A DNA stretch of 64,000 bases from Treponemataceae bacterium (GTDB lineage: Bacteria > Spirochaetota > Spirochaetia > Treponematales > Rectinemataceae), in assembly GCA_963667725.2 (NCBI GenBank), contig CAXXHO010000003.1, positions 800,001 through 864,000 on the forward strand, written 5' to 3'. The notes beneath the pieces were generated by a model. The model ran no database searches and had not been told where the DNA came from. It saw only the letters and a program-made list of their open reading frames with translations. Shown piece by piece: positions 1 through 10,060 of this stretch (position 1 is the first letter of the stretch; the number at the start of each line of letters is the position of its first letter). Position numbers and translations under genes: made by a program.

Positions 1-1
1 C

Positions 2-358
2 GGTTACGAATTTCTCATCCTGGGCGTCGAAAGACCCCGTGACGAGCTGAAGCGACGCATTCATGCCCGGGTTGAAAAGATGTTCGAAGCAGGCCTCGCG
101 GAGGAGGTCGACGCGCTTAAGTCAGCGGGCTATACCGCCGAAAACCCGGGGCTCAAGGCCATTGGCTACAGCGAATTCTTCTCCATGGAGGGCGCGCCGC
201 GGGGCGATATAGCCGAGGCGATAGAACTCCATACGAACCAATACATGAAACGTCAAATGACATTCCTGCGTGCCCTGCCCGGCATTCGATGGATGGAAGC
301 CGATCCCGACCTCTTCTCCCGTACCATCGTCTCTTTCCTTTCGGGCTCCCGGCGATAA
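2..358 (+). CDS. miaA: tRNA dimethylallyltransferase, C-terminal part (5'-truncated by window)
   Basis: Frame open from nt 2: ...RDELKRRIHARVEKMFEAGLAEEV...AIGYSE...TNQYMKRQMTF, typical MiaA C-terminus. Confidence 0.9.
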   Translation, partial: GYEFLILGVERPRDELKRRIHARVEKMFEAGLAEEVDALKSAGYTAENPGLKAIGYSEFFSMEGAPRGDIAEAIELHTNQYMKRQMTFLRALPGIRWMEADPDLFSRTIVSFLSGSRR

Positions 359-410
359 AATCTCTCCGTCTCCTTTAATATTTTCGGCGAAGCGGTTATA
401 ATCGCTCGCA

Positions 411-893
411 ATGGATACGACGACTAATCTTCTTGCGGCGTTGCTCGCCATGCTTCCCATTTCGGAATTGAGGGGAGCCATCCCCTTCGCCGTGCTCAGG
501 GGTACGGATCTTCTTGCCGCCGCCCTTATCGGCATCGGTTTCAACGCTCTTGTCCCCCTTATCGCTTTTCTCTTCCTATCGACACTCCATAAACTTTTCT
601 ATAAATGGACCTGGTACAAAGGTTTTTTTGATCGTTTCGTCGAAAAGACCAGGATGAAAGTACACGCCAAGGTCGAGAAATACGGGTACTGGGGACTCCT
701 TGTATTCGTCGCCATCCCGCTTCCCGTGACCGGAGCGTGGACGGGAACGCTCGGCGCCTGGATCCTGGGCATGAATTGGAAAAAATCCTGTCTCGCGATA
801 GTGGGCGGCGTTGTCGTCGCCGGCATAATCGTCACGCTTCTCGTCGCCCTGATGGGCGCCGGGGCCACGTCGATTTTTTTCAAATCCATCTGA
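411..893 (+). CDS. COG2426-type small multidrug-export family membrane protein
   Basis: MLPISELRGAIP and FVAIPLPVTGAWTG motifs; hydrophobic helices. Confidence 0.85.
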   Translation: MDTTTNLLAALLAMLPISELRGAIPFAVLRGTDLLAAALIGIGFNALVPLIAFLFLSTLHKLFYKWTWYKGFFDRFVEKTRMKVHAKVEKYGYWGLLVFVAIPLPVTGAWTGTLGAWILGMNWKKSCLAIVGGVVVAGIIVTLLVALMGAGATSIFFKSI

Positions 894-935
894 TCGTTTA
901 GGGAAACCGCAGCTCAGCCTCGCAACAAGGATACT

Positions 936-3005
936 ATGGCTATCGACTTTGCCTCAGAACTCGATCCGGAACAATACCGAGCCGTCACGACCACCGAAGG
1001 GCCTCTTCTCATCATCGCGGGGGCAGGTTCGGGCAAGACCCGCGTGATCACGTACCGGATCGCTCGGCTTCTTTCCATGGGAGCGCCGCAGGAATCCATT
1101 CTCGCGCTCACCTTCACTAATAAGGCGGCCCGCGAGATGGCCGAGCGCACCAGGGAGCTCACGGGGCTCCCTCTAAAGAACCTGATCGTCTCCACCTTCC
1201 ATTCCTTCGGCGCCTGGTTTCTCCGGAAGGAAATCCACAGGCTCGGCTGGAAGGAAAACTTCACCATCTACGATGAACAGGACAGGATGCAGGCCGCCAA
1301 GGAATGCGCCCGGGAATTGGGGTTCGGGATGGAAGGTTTCGACGCGGCCAAGGCGGCAGCGTTCATCTCCGCGAGGAGAACAGGGTTTTCGCCGACGGCC
1401 GGGGCGCGCGAAGCCGATGCCGTAGGAAGCGGCGCTTCCGTGGGAAGCGATGCTTCTGTAGGAAGCGACGCCTACGAGGGATTATTCGAGGAATACAGAA
1501 AATGCCTTCGTCTCTACAACGCCGTCGATTTCGACGATCTCATCGCCATGCCCCTCGAGATATTCCACGCGTTTCCAGAATCGGCCAACGCGCTTAAAAA
1601 GAGATTCCGCTACGTCATGATCGACGAGTTCCAGGATACGTCGCTTCAGCAGTACGAACTCATCAAGGCCTTCGCGTCGGACAACGTCTGCGCGGTGGGC
1701 GACGACGATCAATCCATCTATTCATGGCGAGGAGCGAACTTCGGAAACATGGAAAAATTTGAAAAGGATAATCCTGGCATAGTCGAAATAAAGCTGGAAA
1801 GAAACTACCGCTCTACCTCCACCATACTGGGAGCGGCCAACGCTTTAATAACGCACAACGTTAAAAGAAAGAAAAAAAATCTGTGGTCGCCGGCGAAGAA
1901 CCTTGGGGTTCCCATTCTTCTCGACGAGACCGAGGACGAAGCCGAGGAGGCCGAGAACATCATCCTCAGGATGAAAACCCTGCGCATCGCCGACGGTTTG
2001 GCGTGGGACGCCTTCGGCATCCTCGTGAGGACGAACTCGCAGGCGAGGGTGATAGAGGAATCGCTCATGGAGGCCGGCCTGCCTTACAGGACAGCGGGGG
2101 GGCCCTCGTTCTATCAACGCAAGGAAGTGAGGGACATGCTCGCCTATCTCAAGGCGGCGGCCAACCTGGACGACGACATGAGCGTCCTGAGGATAATAAA
2201 TGTTCCGAGACGCGGCATCGGAAAGGTGGGGCTCGAGAAAATATCAGGCTTTTCCCGCTCGCGCAATATGTCCATGCATATGGCCCTCGAAATCATCGAA
2301 CGTTCTCAGGATCCTCTCTCCAACGTGAAGTCGGTGCGCGAGGCCATGGAATTCTTCGCCTATCTGACGAGCTTTCGCGAAACGCTTCTGTCGAGAAAAA
2401 AACCGATCTCGGCCTGTCTGAGGGAGATGGTGGACAGGATCGGCTACTGGCATTATCTGCTCGAGGAATATAAGTCGGACGACAAGACGGCGGCGTGGAA
2501 ATACAGGAACATAGAGCTGCTCGCCGCATCTATCGAGCGTTGGGAAAAAGATCCTGACACGATGGACAAAGGACTCTTCGCCTATTTGGCGCGCGTCGCC
2601 CTTGTCACGCGCGACGATCCGGACGATGACGACGGAAAGATAAGTCTTCTCACGATTCATTCGGCGAAGGGGCTGGAGTTCGACGTCGTCTTCATCCCCG
2701 GCTGCGAGGAGGGGATCCTGCCCCACGCGAGATCCCTCGAGGAAGGCGACGGGGACCTTGAAGAAGAAAGGCGGCTCTTTTACGTAGCCCTGACGAGGGC
2801 GAAAAAGCGGCTTTTCCTGAGCCGCTGCCTGAGAAGAAAGCACCGCATGCAGGCGGTCGATACGGCGCCCTCTCCCTTCCTGGCGGAACTGCCCGAGGAA
2901 TTCCTCAAGTCGGAAGATCCCATGGAGAGCGCCCGTTCAGAAGAGGATCTGCGAAAGGACGTATTGGCGAGAATGAAGGCCAAGTTTGCCGAAAAAGCCG
3001 GGTGA
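936..3005 (+). CDS. UvrD/PcrA/Rep family ATP-dependent DNA helicase
   Basis: AGAGSGKT, DEFQDT, VGDDDQSIYSWRGA, NYRS, TIHSAKGLEF, EEERRLFYVALTRA motifs. Confidence 0.95.
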   Translation: MAIDFASELDPEQYRAVTTTEGPLLIIAGAGSGKTRVITYRIARLLSMGAPQESILALTFTNKAAREMAERTRELTGLPLKNLIVSTFHSFGAWFLRKEIHRLGWKENFTIYDEQDRMQAAKECARELGFGMEGFDAAKAAAFISARRTGFSPTAGAREADAVGSGASVGSDASVGSDAYEGLFEEYRKCLRLYNAVDFDDLIAMPLEIFHAFPESANALKKRFRYVMIDEFQDTSLQQYELIKAFASDNVCAVGDDDQSIYSWRGANFGNMEKFEKDNPGIVEIKLERNYRSTSTILGAANALITHNVKRKKKNLWSPAKNLGVPILLDETEDEAEEAENIILRMKTLRIADGLAWDAFGILVRTNSQARVIEESLMEAGLPYRTAGGPSFYQRKEVRDMLAYLKAAANLDDDMSVLRIINVPRRGIGKVGLEKISGFSRSRNMSMHMALEIIERSQDPLSNVKSVREAMEFFAYLTSFRETLLSRKKPISACLREMVDRIGYWHYLLEEYKSDDKTAAWKYRNIELLAASIERWEKDPDTMDKGLFAYLARVALVTRDDPDDDDGKISLLTIHSAKGLEFDVVFIPGCEEGILPHARSLEEGDGDLEEERRLFYVALTRAKKRLFLSRCLRRKHRMQAVDTAPSPFLAELPEEFLKSEDPMESARSEEDLRKDVLARMKAKFAEKAG
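1422..1475 (+). repeat. Imperfect 18-bp tandem repeat x3 inside the helicase gene (VGSGAS/VGSDAS/VGSDAY)
   Basis: gtaggaagcggcgcttcc gtgggaagcgatgcttct gtaggaagcgacgcctac. Confidence 0.85.
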
Positions 3006-3016
3006 GAGCCGGACTC

Positions 3017-3970
3017 CTACCGGTCGACGCCGGAATTCCCCACGTTTATCCAGGTGAGTTCGTGCCTGTTGTGCCAGAGGTGGATGACTTTGGAGCCGGG
3101 AATGGCCGCGAATTTATCGGTCGTCGCCTTGTCGAACGAAGGCCCCTGCATCTTGATCGTGCAGATGAAGTTCTTCGCCAGGCCCGACTCCCTCCATGCC
3201 GATATCCAGTCGAAAAGAGCCTCGGGATAGCAGATCACGTCGGAACAAAGCCAATCCACGGGACCGATATCGCCTGGTTTCAGGGTGAAGGCATCATGTT
3301 TCATGTAGCGTACCCCGGGCATAGCCGCCACTGATTCGTCGAGGGGCGCCCTGTCTATGGCGATGACCTCGGCGCCCAGCCCGGCCAGGGCCCAGGTCCA
3401 GCCTCCCGGGCAGGCGCCGGCGTCCACGCAGAGATCTCCCGGAGCGGGGAGTCGGCCGGCGAAGAGAAGAGCTTCCCATAGTTTTCGGTAAGCGCGCGAA
3501 GGCGGGCCTTCCTTGTCTTCCACGAAGGAAAATTCCCCGTTCGGAAAGGGGCTGGAGCAGCGGGCCGAACCGAGGAGCAGATGTTCGTCGAGCAGCGTAA
3601 AGCTTCCCATAGGCGATTCGGGCAGGGAGAATGGAAAGGCTTTCGGTTTGACCGGGACATGGGGCAGGGCGTCCACGATCAGGGCTGTCCTTCGGTGCAG
3701 ACGGGTAGGGTAGGCCGCCCAATTCCTCTGGACGGCGCGCAGCGCTTTGGCCGCCTGCGATATGGAATCGAATTCTAGGAGAAAAGGCTCTTTCCATACA
3801 TTGCGCGTCCAGTAGATATTCTTGGGCTTCGTCTCGGGAAGCGGAGAAGAATCGGGGCTCCAGCAGCCGACCAGCTCTTCGTCCACCCTCCCGTAACCGG
3901 GCAGTTCATCGAGCAGATGACCGAGGAACCCTCTCGCGGCCAGATAGGCCTCACCCTTCAGGAATTGCAT
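3017..3970 (-). CDS. FtsJ/RlmM-like SAM-dependent RNA 2'-O-methyltransferase
   Basis: PPSRAYRKLWEA, VDAGACPGGWT, DWLCSDV motifs; ATG at 3970 chosen (ORF extends to 3985). Confidence 0.8.
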   Translation of the reverse strand: MQFLKGEAYLAARGFLGHLLDELPGYGRVDEELVGCWSPDSSPLPETKPKNIYWTRNVWKEPFLLEFDSISQAAKALRAVQRNWAAYPTRLHRRTALIVDALPHVPVKPKAFPFSLPESPMGSFTLLDEHLLLGSARCSSPFPNGEFSFVEDKEGPPSRAYRKLWEALLFAGRLPAPGDLCVDAGACPGGWTWALAGLGAEVIAIDRAPLDESVAAMPGVRYMKHDAFTLKPGDIGPVDWLCSDVICYPEALFDWISAWRESGLAKNFICTIKMQGPSFDKATTDKFAAIPGSKVIHLWHNRHELTWINVGNSGVDR

Positions 3971-4147
3971 ACCTGACAATAGCAAATTCCGCCGGCTTCC
4001 TCAACCGATCGGGCGTCGACCCTCCTCGCCGGTGGCCGATGCTCGCGCATGGCGTTTTCAATACATCCTCTTGCGGGCTGCGGGTTACTGTGCTAGACCG
4101 TGAGATGCGGCCGCGGCCTATCGGCCCAAGCTTTTTCGAGGAGTCAT

Positions 4148-5395
4148 ATGTCGGATCTCGGTCTACTGCTTTCCGTTTCGCAAAAATTTGACAACGTGAT
4201 TCGCGACCCCGTCTGGGGCGACATGCATTTCGACGAATCCCTCTTCGAGCTTACGAAAACGGCGCCGTTTCGGGTTCTGGATGGGGTGCGGCAGCTCGGT
4301 CCCGTCACGTACCTCTATCCGGGCGCGACCCATACGAGGAGAGGCCACAGCATGGGCGTATATTATATCGCCCGGCGCCTGGCCTTGTCGCTCATCGAAC
4401 GCGGCCAGATTTCCTTCGCGAGCCCGGAAGGGCTTCGCGCCTTTCTCGTCTCCGCCCTCTGCCACGACCTGGGGCATTACCCCTTCGCCCATTCGCTGAA
4501 AGAGCTTCCGCTGGCGGCTCATGAGGCTCTGGCGGGAGATCTCGTGCTGCAGGAACCCCTGCGCACGGCAATCCTGGACTGCGAGGCCGATCCCGAACAG
4601 GTGGCCGCGATCATCGATCGCGATCGTTCCCTTCCCGACGACAGGGAAACCAGGCTGTTCAGGCGTATACTCTCGGGAGTACTCGATCCCGACAAGATCG
4701 ACTACCTGACGCGAGATGCTTTTTATTGCGGCATACCCTATGGAATACAGGACGCCGACTTCATCCTGCGCCGCATCCTGGTGGATGATGATTTGCTTAC
4801 TGTGGACGTGCGCGGCGAAATGAGCATAGAAGCCCTGCTTTTTTCGAAGTATCAGATGTACCGATCCGTCTATTGGCATCATACGGTGCGCTCGGCCACC
4901 TCCATGGTCAAAAAGTCCGTCCTGCTCGGACTTACCCATGGCGCCATCGTACCGGAAAATCTTTACGGCCTCGACGACGCCGGATTCAGAAGCCTTACGG
5001 CGGCCGGCCCAGCCGAATTCTTCCAGCCGGCCGAGGATGCCTTCGCGGGAAGGATGTACAATCTCGTCGGCGAAATCAGCTATGACGCCGAAAACGCCGT
5101 CCATGCCGACCTCAACGAGCTCGGGAAAAGACTCGAAGCGGAGATGGCTCTTGCTATGGCGGCCAACGTTAGGGAATCGGATATCGTGATCGATATTCCG
5201 GAGCCGATAGATTTCGAGACTAATCTGATGGTGAAAACGCGCGACGGCCGCGAAGCCTTCTCCTCCCGGACAAGGTTATTCGGTCCCGAATCGCTGAAAA
5301 GTCTCGTCCAGTCGCTCAGAAGGATCAGAATATACGCCCATCCGCGCGTCGATTCCGCCCTGCTCCATGGACTGGCGCGCGAACTCCTGACCTGA
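4148..5395 (+). CDS. HD-domain phosphohydrolase (SAMHD1/dNTP triphosphohydrolase-like)
   Basis: IRDPVWG, RQLG, HTRRGHSMG, HDLGHYPFAH, DPDKIDYLTRD, VYWHHTVR; GAGGAG before ATG 4148. Confidence 0.88.
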   Translation: MSDLGLLLSVSQKFDNVIRDPVWGDMHFDESLFELTKTAPFRVLDGVRQLGPVTYLYPGATHTRRGHSMGVYYIARRLALSLIERGQISFASPEGLRAFLVSALCHDLGHYPFAHSLKELPLAAHEALAGDLVLQEPLRTAILDCEADPEQVAAIIDRDRSLPDDRETRLFRRILSGVLDPDKIDYLTRDAFYCGIPYGIQDADFILRRILVDDDLLTVDVRGEMSIEALLFSKYQMYRSVYWHHTVRSATSMVKKSVLLGLTHGAIVPENLYGLDDAGFRSLTAAGPAEFFQPAEDAFAGRMYNLVGEISYDAENAVHADLNELGKRLEAEMALAMAANVRESDIVIDIPEPIDFETNLMVKTRDGREAFSSRTRLFGPESLKSLVQSLRRIRIYAHPRVDSALLHGLARELLT

Positions 5396-5614
5396 GAAAG
5401 CCGCTTCCGGACGCTCCTATCGTCATTTCTTGGCAGAGTCCAAGAAAAATGCATGCAGAATATTGAATTAACCAATAAATCATTGCATTGAATGATCTTT
5501 TCCCCATTGCCACGCCGCCGTCGGACCGGTCCGGCAGAGGGTATACCGCTATACGCTCGTGTAGCTGTTCCGCGAAAAAATATTGTTTCTGTCTATTCTT
5601 TCCCTCTCTTTTCG

Positions 5615-5686
5615 TTGACAGCTTTCCTATAAAGGGTAAAATTGAGTTGTAGTGGTAAATTGTGGGAAATAGTAGGAAATAGTGGT
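5615..5686 (+). promoter_or_regulatory. dcw (mraZ) sigma70 promoter with four 10-bp-periodic MraZ-type boxes
   Basis: TTGACA (5615)-16 nt-TAAAAT (5637), then aGTGGtaaat tGTGGgaaat aGTAGgaaat aGTGGt directly before the ATG. Confidence 0.8.
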
Positions 5687-6130
5687 ATGAACCTTCTAAC
5701 TGGCGAGTTCAGGAACACCCTGGACGAAAAAGGACGGATCTCACTCCCCGCGCGAATGAGAAGCGAACTGCCGGGAACGAATCTTGTCCTTACCAAGGGT
5801 GTCGACAAATGCCTTTGGCTTTTTCCTCCTCTCCAGTGGGAAGATCTCTCCCAGAAACTCATGGCGAACACAAGCCTGTTTCAGGCGAAATCACGGCATG
5901 TACAGCGCAGGATAATCGCTCCGGCCACAGGCGTCGAGGTGGACCGCCTCGGCAGGATTTCCATTCCCCAGGAATTGAGGGAGTGGGCGGGGCTGTCTCG
6001 CGAGTGCATCATTCTCGGAATTTCCAAATACATCGAAATCTGGAACGCTGAAGAATACGAGAAATATATAAACGACAACGAAAGCGCCTTCTTGAGCGAC
6101 ACCGAAGATCTCGGAGGCCTGACGCTTTAG
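5687..6130 (+). CDS. mraZ: Transcriptional regulator MraZ
   Basis: Two DxxGR motifs (LDEKGRISLP, VDRLGRISIP); heads the dcw cluster. Confidence 0.95.
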   Translation: MNLLTGEFRNTLDEKGRISLPARMRSELPGTNLVLTKGVDKCLWLFPPLQWEDLSQKLMANTSLFQAKSRHVQRRIIAPATGVEVDRLGRISIPQELREWAGLSRECIILGISKYIEIWNAEEYEKYINDNESAFLSDTEDLGGLTL

Positions 6131-6144
6131 GCGTCGGGGTATCC

Positions 6145-7119
6145 ATGAAAGAGAAATCGACTTCCCCGGACGGAACTGAAGCCCCCGTCATTCTCCATAC
6201 GCCGGTGATGCTCGCCGAGATTCTCGAACTGTTCGATATGGTAGGCAAACCCAACGCGCTCGTGGCCGACTGCACCTTAGGCGCCGGCGGCCATGCCGAA
6301 GCCATACTTTCGCGATCCTCCGGCGTCCGTTACGTCGGCATCGATGCCGATCCCGAAGCGAGGGAGCGTTCGGCGGCCAGGCTGGGGGTCTTCGCCGACA
6401 GGCTGGAAATCCGGGCCGGCTATTTCGACGAGGTTCTGGAAGCGTGGGCTTCTTTTCCCGGCTTTGAAAGACCCGACTTCATCCTTTTCGACCTCGGCGT
6501 CTCGACGCATCACTATCTCGATTCCAAGCGGGGTTTTTCCTTCGCGAACGAAGAACCTCTCGATATGCGCTTTTCCCCCGAAGCCGAGACTTCAGCTTTC
6601 GATCTGGTCAATAAAATGACGGAAAGCGATCTGGCTGACGTCATCTATCAGTATGGCGAGGAGCGCTATTCGAGGCGCATAGCGAAATCGATTCTCGAGG
6701 CGCGCAGGAACGCGCCCATCAGGACATCCAAGGCCCTGGCTTCCATCGTGGCGGGCGCCGTGCCGTCCTCCTACCGATACGGCAGGATACATCCCGCCAC
6801 AAGAACCTTTCAGGCATTGCGGATAAAAGTGAACAACGAACTGGAAAGAGAAGAAAAGGGGCTCGCCTCCGCCGTGGATATGCTCGCGCCGGGCGGAATT
6901 CTCGCCGTCATTTCCTTCCATTCGCTGGAAGACCGAATCGCCAAAAAACTATGCAAAGACTATAGCAGAAATAAAGGCTACGAGGAAATCTACAAAAAGC
7001 CGCGCATTCCTACCGACGCGGAATGCGGGACGAATCCGGCTTCCAGATCGGCGAAGCTGCGCGCCCTGCGCGCGCCCTCGGCCGCCGCGGCATCGGGAAT
7101 GAAAGGAGCGCGGGAATGA
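6145..7119 (+). CDS. rsmH: 16S rRNA m4C1402 methyltransferase
   Basis: HTPVML, DCTLGAGGH, DLGVS, TRTFQALRI, ISFHSLEDR, SRSAKLR. Confidence 0.96.
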   Translation: MKEKSTSPDGTEAPVILHTPVMLAEILELFDMVGKPNALVADCTLGAGGHAEAILSRSSGVRYVGIDADPEARERSAARLGVFADRLEIRAGYFDEVLEAWASFPGFERPDFILFDLGVSTHHYLDSKRGFSFANEEPLDMRFSPEAETSAFDLVNKMTESDLADVIYQYGEERYSRRIAKSILEARRNAPIRTSKALASIVAGAVPSSYRYGRIHPATRTFQALRIKVNNELEREEKGLASAVDMLAPGGILAVISFHSLEDRIAKKLCKDYSRNKGYEEIYKKPRIPTDAECGTNPASRSAKLRALRAPSAAAASGMKGARE

Positions 7120-7463
7120 AAATCGGACGCTTCTGGACCCTCATGATTCTGGCCGGTTTTTTTGCCTTGGGCATGGTCTGGCAGTCGAGCCGCTTCACCG
7201 ACCTTTCGGCCAAGGCTCGCCTTCTCGAAGAGGAACAGGAGAGCTGGATTGCCGAGAACCGAAAAATCGAGGCGGAAATCGCCCTTCTTTCGAGCAGGGA
7301 AAGAACGGAAGCCATGGCCAGCCGCATGGGACTCAAGAAAGCCCTGCCCGAGGAAAAATTGAGAATCCAGCTGACGCCGTCGGGAGAGAGTATCTCGCAG
7401 GCTCTGGGATCGGGAACATCTTTGAGCTCGGCCAAGAAGGCGGGGGACGGCGTTCATGACTGA
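7116..7463 (+). CDS. ftsL: Cell division protein FtsL (bitopic, coiled coil)
   Basis: ATG overlaps rsmH stop; one TM helix then heptad pattern and A..MGL; position after rsmH. Confidence 0.75.
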   Translation: MKIGRFWTLMILAGFFALGMVWQSSRFTDLSAKARLLEEEQESWIAENRKIEAEIALLSSRERTEAMASRMGLKKALPEEKLRIQLTPSGESISQALGSGTSLSSAKKAGDGVHD

Positions 7464-8985
7464 TACCAGGGTCCTGTTTTCCGCTGGCGAAGCGGCCGGC
7501 ATGATCGGGGGCGCTTGTAGAGGCAATCTGGAAGCCCCAATCCTCGACGTGACCGCAGATTCCAGGAAAGCGGGGAAGGGCTCTCTCTTCGTAGCCCTGC
7601 CCGGCGAGAATTTCGATGGTCACGATTTCATCGCGGCGGCCCTGAGGCAGGGCGCTTCCTGCGTATTGGCCGCGCTGGACAAAAAAGAAAGCGCGATCGC
7701 CGCCGCCGAACTTGGCGCTGCCGAACTTGGCGCTGCCGAACTTGGCGAAGCGTGCCTGATCTTCGTGCAATCCCCCCTGGCAGGGCTCCAGGCCTTGGCT
7801 CGCGAGCATAGGCGGAGGATGAAGGGGCTTCTGCGCATCGGCATCACCGGTTCCTCGGGCAAGACGACCACCAAGGAATGTATCGGCGCCGCGCTTTTGC
7901 CGACCTATCCCGCCGGCAGCCTCATAATGAATGAAGGCAACCTCAATTCGGATATAGGCCTTGCCCTTTCGATGTTCGCCCTCAAGGCCTCCCACAAGGT
8001 GGGGGTTTTTGAAATGGGCATGAACAGGAAAGGAGAGATGGACGAACTCGCCTTGATTTACGAGCCGGACATCGCCGTAATAACGAATATCGGTACTGCG
8101 CATATCGGCATGATAGGCACGCGCCAGGGCATCGCCGATGAGAAGAAGAAAATTTTCTCCAGATTCAGCGGCTCGCAGTGCGGTTTCGTATGGGAAGACG
8201 ATCCCTACAAAAACTTCCTGAAGACCGACGTCTCGGGCCGGATTTCCGAATTCGGTTTCCGCTCGACGAAGGGGCTGGAAGAGGTCGAGAGCCTTGGCCT
8301 TCGAGGCTGGCGGCTTCGGTGGCTGGGTCAGGATTTTACCTTCTCGCTTCCGGGAGAACACAACCTGCTCAACGCATTGGCCGCGCTTTCGGTGGCCGCC
8401 GACTTGGAGCGCGATCCCGAACTGGTCGCTTCCGGGCTTGCCTCGGTAACGCCGCTTTTCGGCCGCTCGGAAATCTTCGAAGGCAGAATCTTCCTCGTGA
8501 GAGATTGCTACAACGCCAATCCCGAAAGCGTGGCAGCCGCCATAAGCCTCTGCGACTCGGTCGAATGCGAGGGCAAGAAGATTTACGTCCTGGGCTCGAT
8601 GCGCGAGTTGGGCGACACATCGGCCGACGAGCATGAGGCGATGGGCAGGAAGGCTGAATCCTCGGCCGCCGATGGTCTTTTCTTCTTCGGCGACGAAGCG
8701 AAGGCGAGCTACGAGGCGGCCTTGTCGGCAGCCAAACGCGGCCCCGCCGGAAGCCGTCCCGGAAGGATCATTTTTCACACAAGCGATATCGAGTCTTTAA
8801 AGAAATCCGTTCTGGATTACCTGAGGGAGGGCGATCTCGTCCTGGCCAAAGCATCCCGGGGCCTCGCGCTCGAGCGTTTCACTAAGGTCCTTTTCGATCA
8901 GGGCTGGGTCAGCGAGAGCGCTAAAGCCGAGGAGATAAACGGTATCAATCCAACCGCAACGAAGGGGGCCGCCCATGCTTCGTGA
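7456..8985 (+). CDS. murF: UDP-MurNAc-tripeptide:D-Ala-D-Ala ligase
   Basis: DSR, DGHDF, ITGSSGKTTTKE, EMGMN, DCYNANPES, MRELG, KASRG. Confidence 0.95.
   Translation: MTDTRVLFSAGEAAGMIGGACRGNLEAPILDVTADSRKAGKGSLFVALPGENFDGHDFIAAALRQGASCVLAALDKKESAIAAAELGAAELGAAELGEACLIFVQSPLAGLQALAREHRRRMKGLLRIGITGSSGKTTTKECIGAALLPTYPAGSLIMNEGNLNSDIGLALSMFALKASHKVGVFEMGMNRKGEMDELALIYEPDIAVITNIGTAHIGMIGTRQGIADEKKKIFSRFSGSQCGFVWEDDPYKNFLKTDVSGRISEFGFRSTKGLEEVESLGLRGWRLRWLGQDFTFSLPGEHNLLNALAALSVAADLERDPELVASGLASVTPLFGRSEIFEGRIFLVRDCYNANPESVAAAISLCDSVECEGKKIYVLGSMRELGDTSADEHEAMGRKAESSAADGLFFFGDEAKASYEAALSAAKRGPAGSRPGRIIFHTSDIESLKKSVLDYLREGDLVLAKASRGLALERFTKVLFDQGWVSESAKAEEINGINPTATKGAAHAS
7705..7747 (+). repeat. 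15-bp tandem repeat, about 3 copies, inside murF (AELGA)n
   Basis: gccgaacttggcgct x2 followed by gccgaacttggcg. Confidence 0.92.
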
Positions 8986-10057
8986 ACTACTGCTTCCGCT
9001 CGTTAAATACTTTTCTCCCTTCAATATTTTCCGTTACCTGACCTTCAGGTCGGCATACGCGGCACTGAGCGCCCTTCTCATCGTCTTTCTCTTTGGCCCC
9101 TTCGTTATCAGAAAACTGCGCGTTCTGAAGTTCGGACAATCGGTCAGGCTGGACGGACCCCAGAGCCATCTGGCGAAGACCGGCACCCCCACGATGGGCG
9201 GCATCCTCATAATCGCCGCCGTGGCGATTTCCGTCCTTCTCTGGCAGGATATCCGAAACCCCCTGACATGGATCGTCCTCTTCTCCCTCCTGGGATTCGG
9301 GGCGATAGGCTGCGCCGACGACTTGCTGAAGATTAAGAAACACAATTCGGACGGGCTCTCAGCGGTCCAGAAACTCTCTCTTCAGTTCCTGGTTTCCATG
9401 GTCGCCGCCGTAAGCCTCTATTCCATAGGCGGCGAGTATTCCACGAAAGTGTACCTGCCTTTCTTCAAGAACCACGTCCTCGACCTGGGCATCTTCTGGA
9501 TTCCCCTGGCCATGATCTATGTCACCGCCTGGTCGAACGCCGTGAATATCACCGACGGTCTCGATGGGCTCGCCACGGGCCTTGTCATAATGGCTGTGAT
9601 CGCCTTTTCCATACTGACCTATGTGAGCGGACGAGCCGACTGGGCTGCCTACCTCGGCATTCCCTACGTCAAAGGTGCCGGCGAGCTGACCGTCTTCAAC
9701 TTGGCCCTCTTGGGCGCCTGTACGGGCTTTCTCTGGTTCAATTCCCATCCCGCCGAGGTATTCATGGGCGACGCTGGCTCTCTCGCTCTCGGAGGCGTTC
9801 TTGGCGTCCTTTCCCTTATCGTGAAAAAGGAAATTCTCCTTCTTCTCATCGGCGGCGTTTTCGTGATGGAACTCGGCTCGGTGATGCTCCAGGTGCTCTA
9901 TTTCAAGGCTACGAAGGGGGAAAGGCTTTTCCGCATGGCTCCGCTCCATCATCACTTTGAGCTCTCGGGTCAGAAGGAAACCAAGGTTGTCGTCCGTTTC
10001 TGGATAATGGGCGGCATGTTCGCGCTGCTGGCGCTTTCGACGCTGAAGATTCAGTAG
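8975..10057 (+). CDS. mraY: Phospho-N-acetylmuramoyl-pentapeptide transferase
   Basis: KTGTPTMGG, NAVNITDGLDGL, FMGDAGS, MAPLHHHFE. Confidence 0.97.
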   Translation: MLRELLLPLVKYFSPFNIFRYLTFRSAYAALSALLIVFLFGPFVIRKLRVLKFGQSVRLDGPQSHLAKTGTPTMGGILIIAAVAISVLLWQDIRNPLTWIVLFSLLGFGAIGCADDLLKIKKHNSDGLSAVQKLSLQFLVSMVAAVSLYSIGGEYSTKVYLPFFKNHVLDLGIFWIPLAMIYVTAWSNAVNITDGLDGLATGLVIMAVIAFSILTYVSGRADWAAYLGIPYVKGAGELTVFNLALLGACTGFLWFNSHPAEVFMGDAGSLALGGVLGVLSLIVKKEILLLLIGGVFVMELGSVMLQVLYFKATKGERLFRMAPLHHHFELSGQKETKVVVRFWIMGGMFALLALSTLKIQ

Positions 10058-10060
10058 GCG

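Noticed and set aside
5651..5690. Periodic repeats as a CRISPR array or iterons
   Set aside because: The 10-bp period and position before mraZ fit MraZ boxes. There are no spacers and no cas or rep genes.
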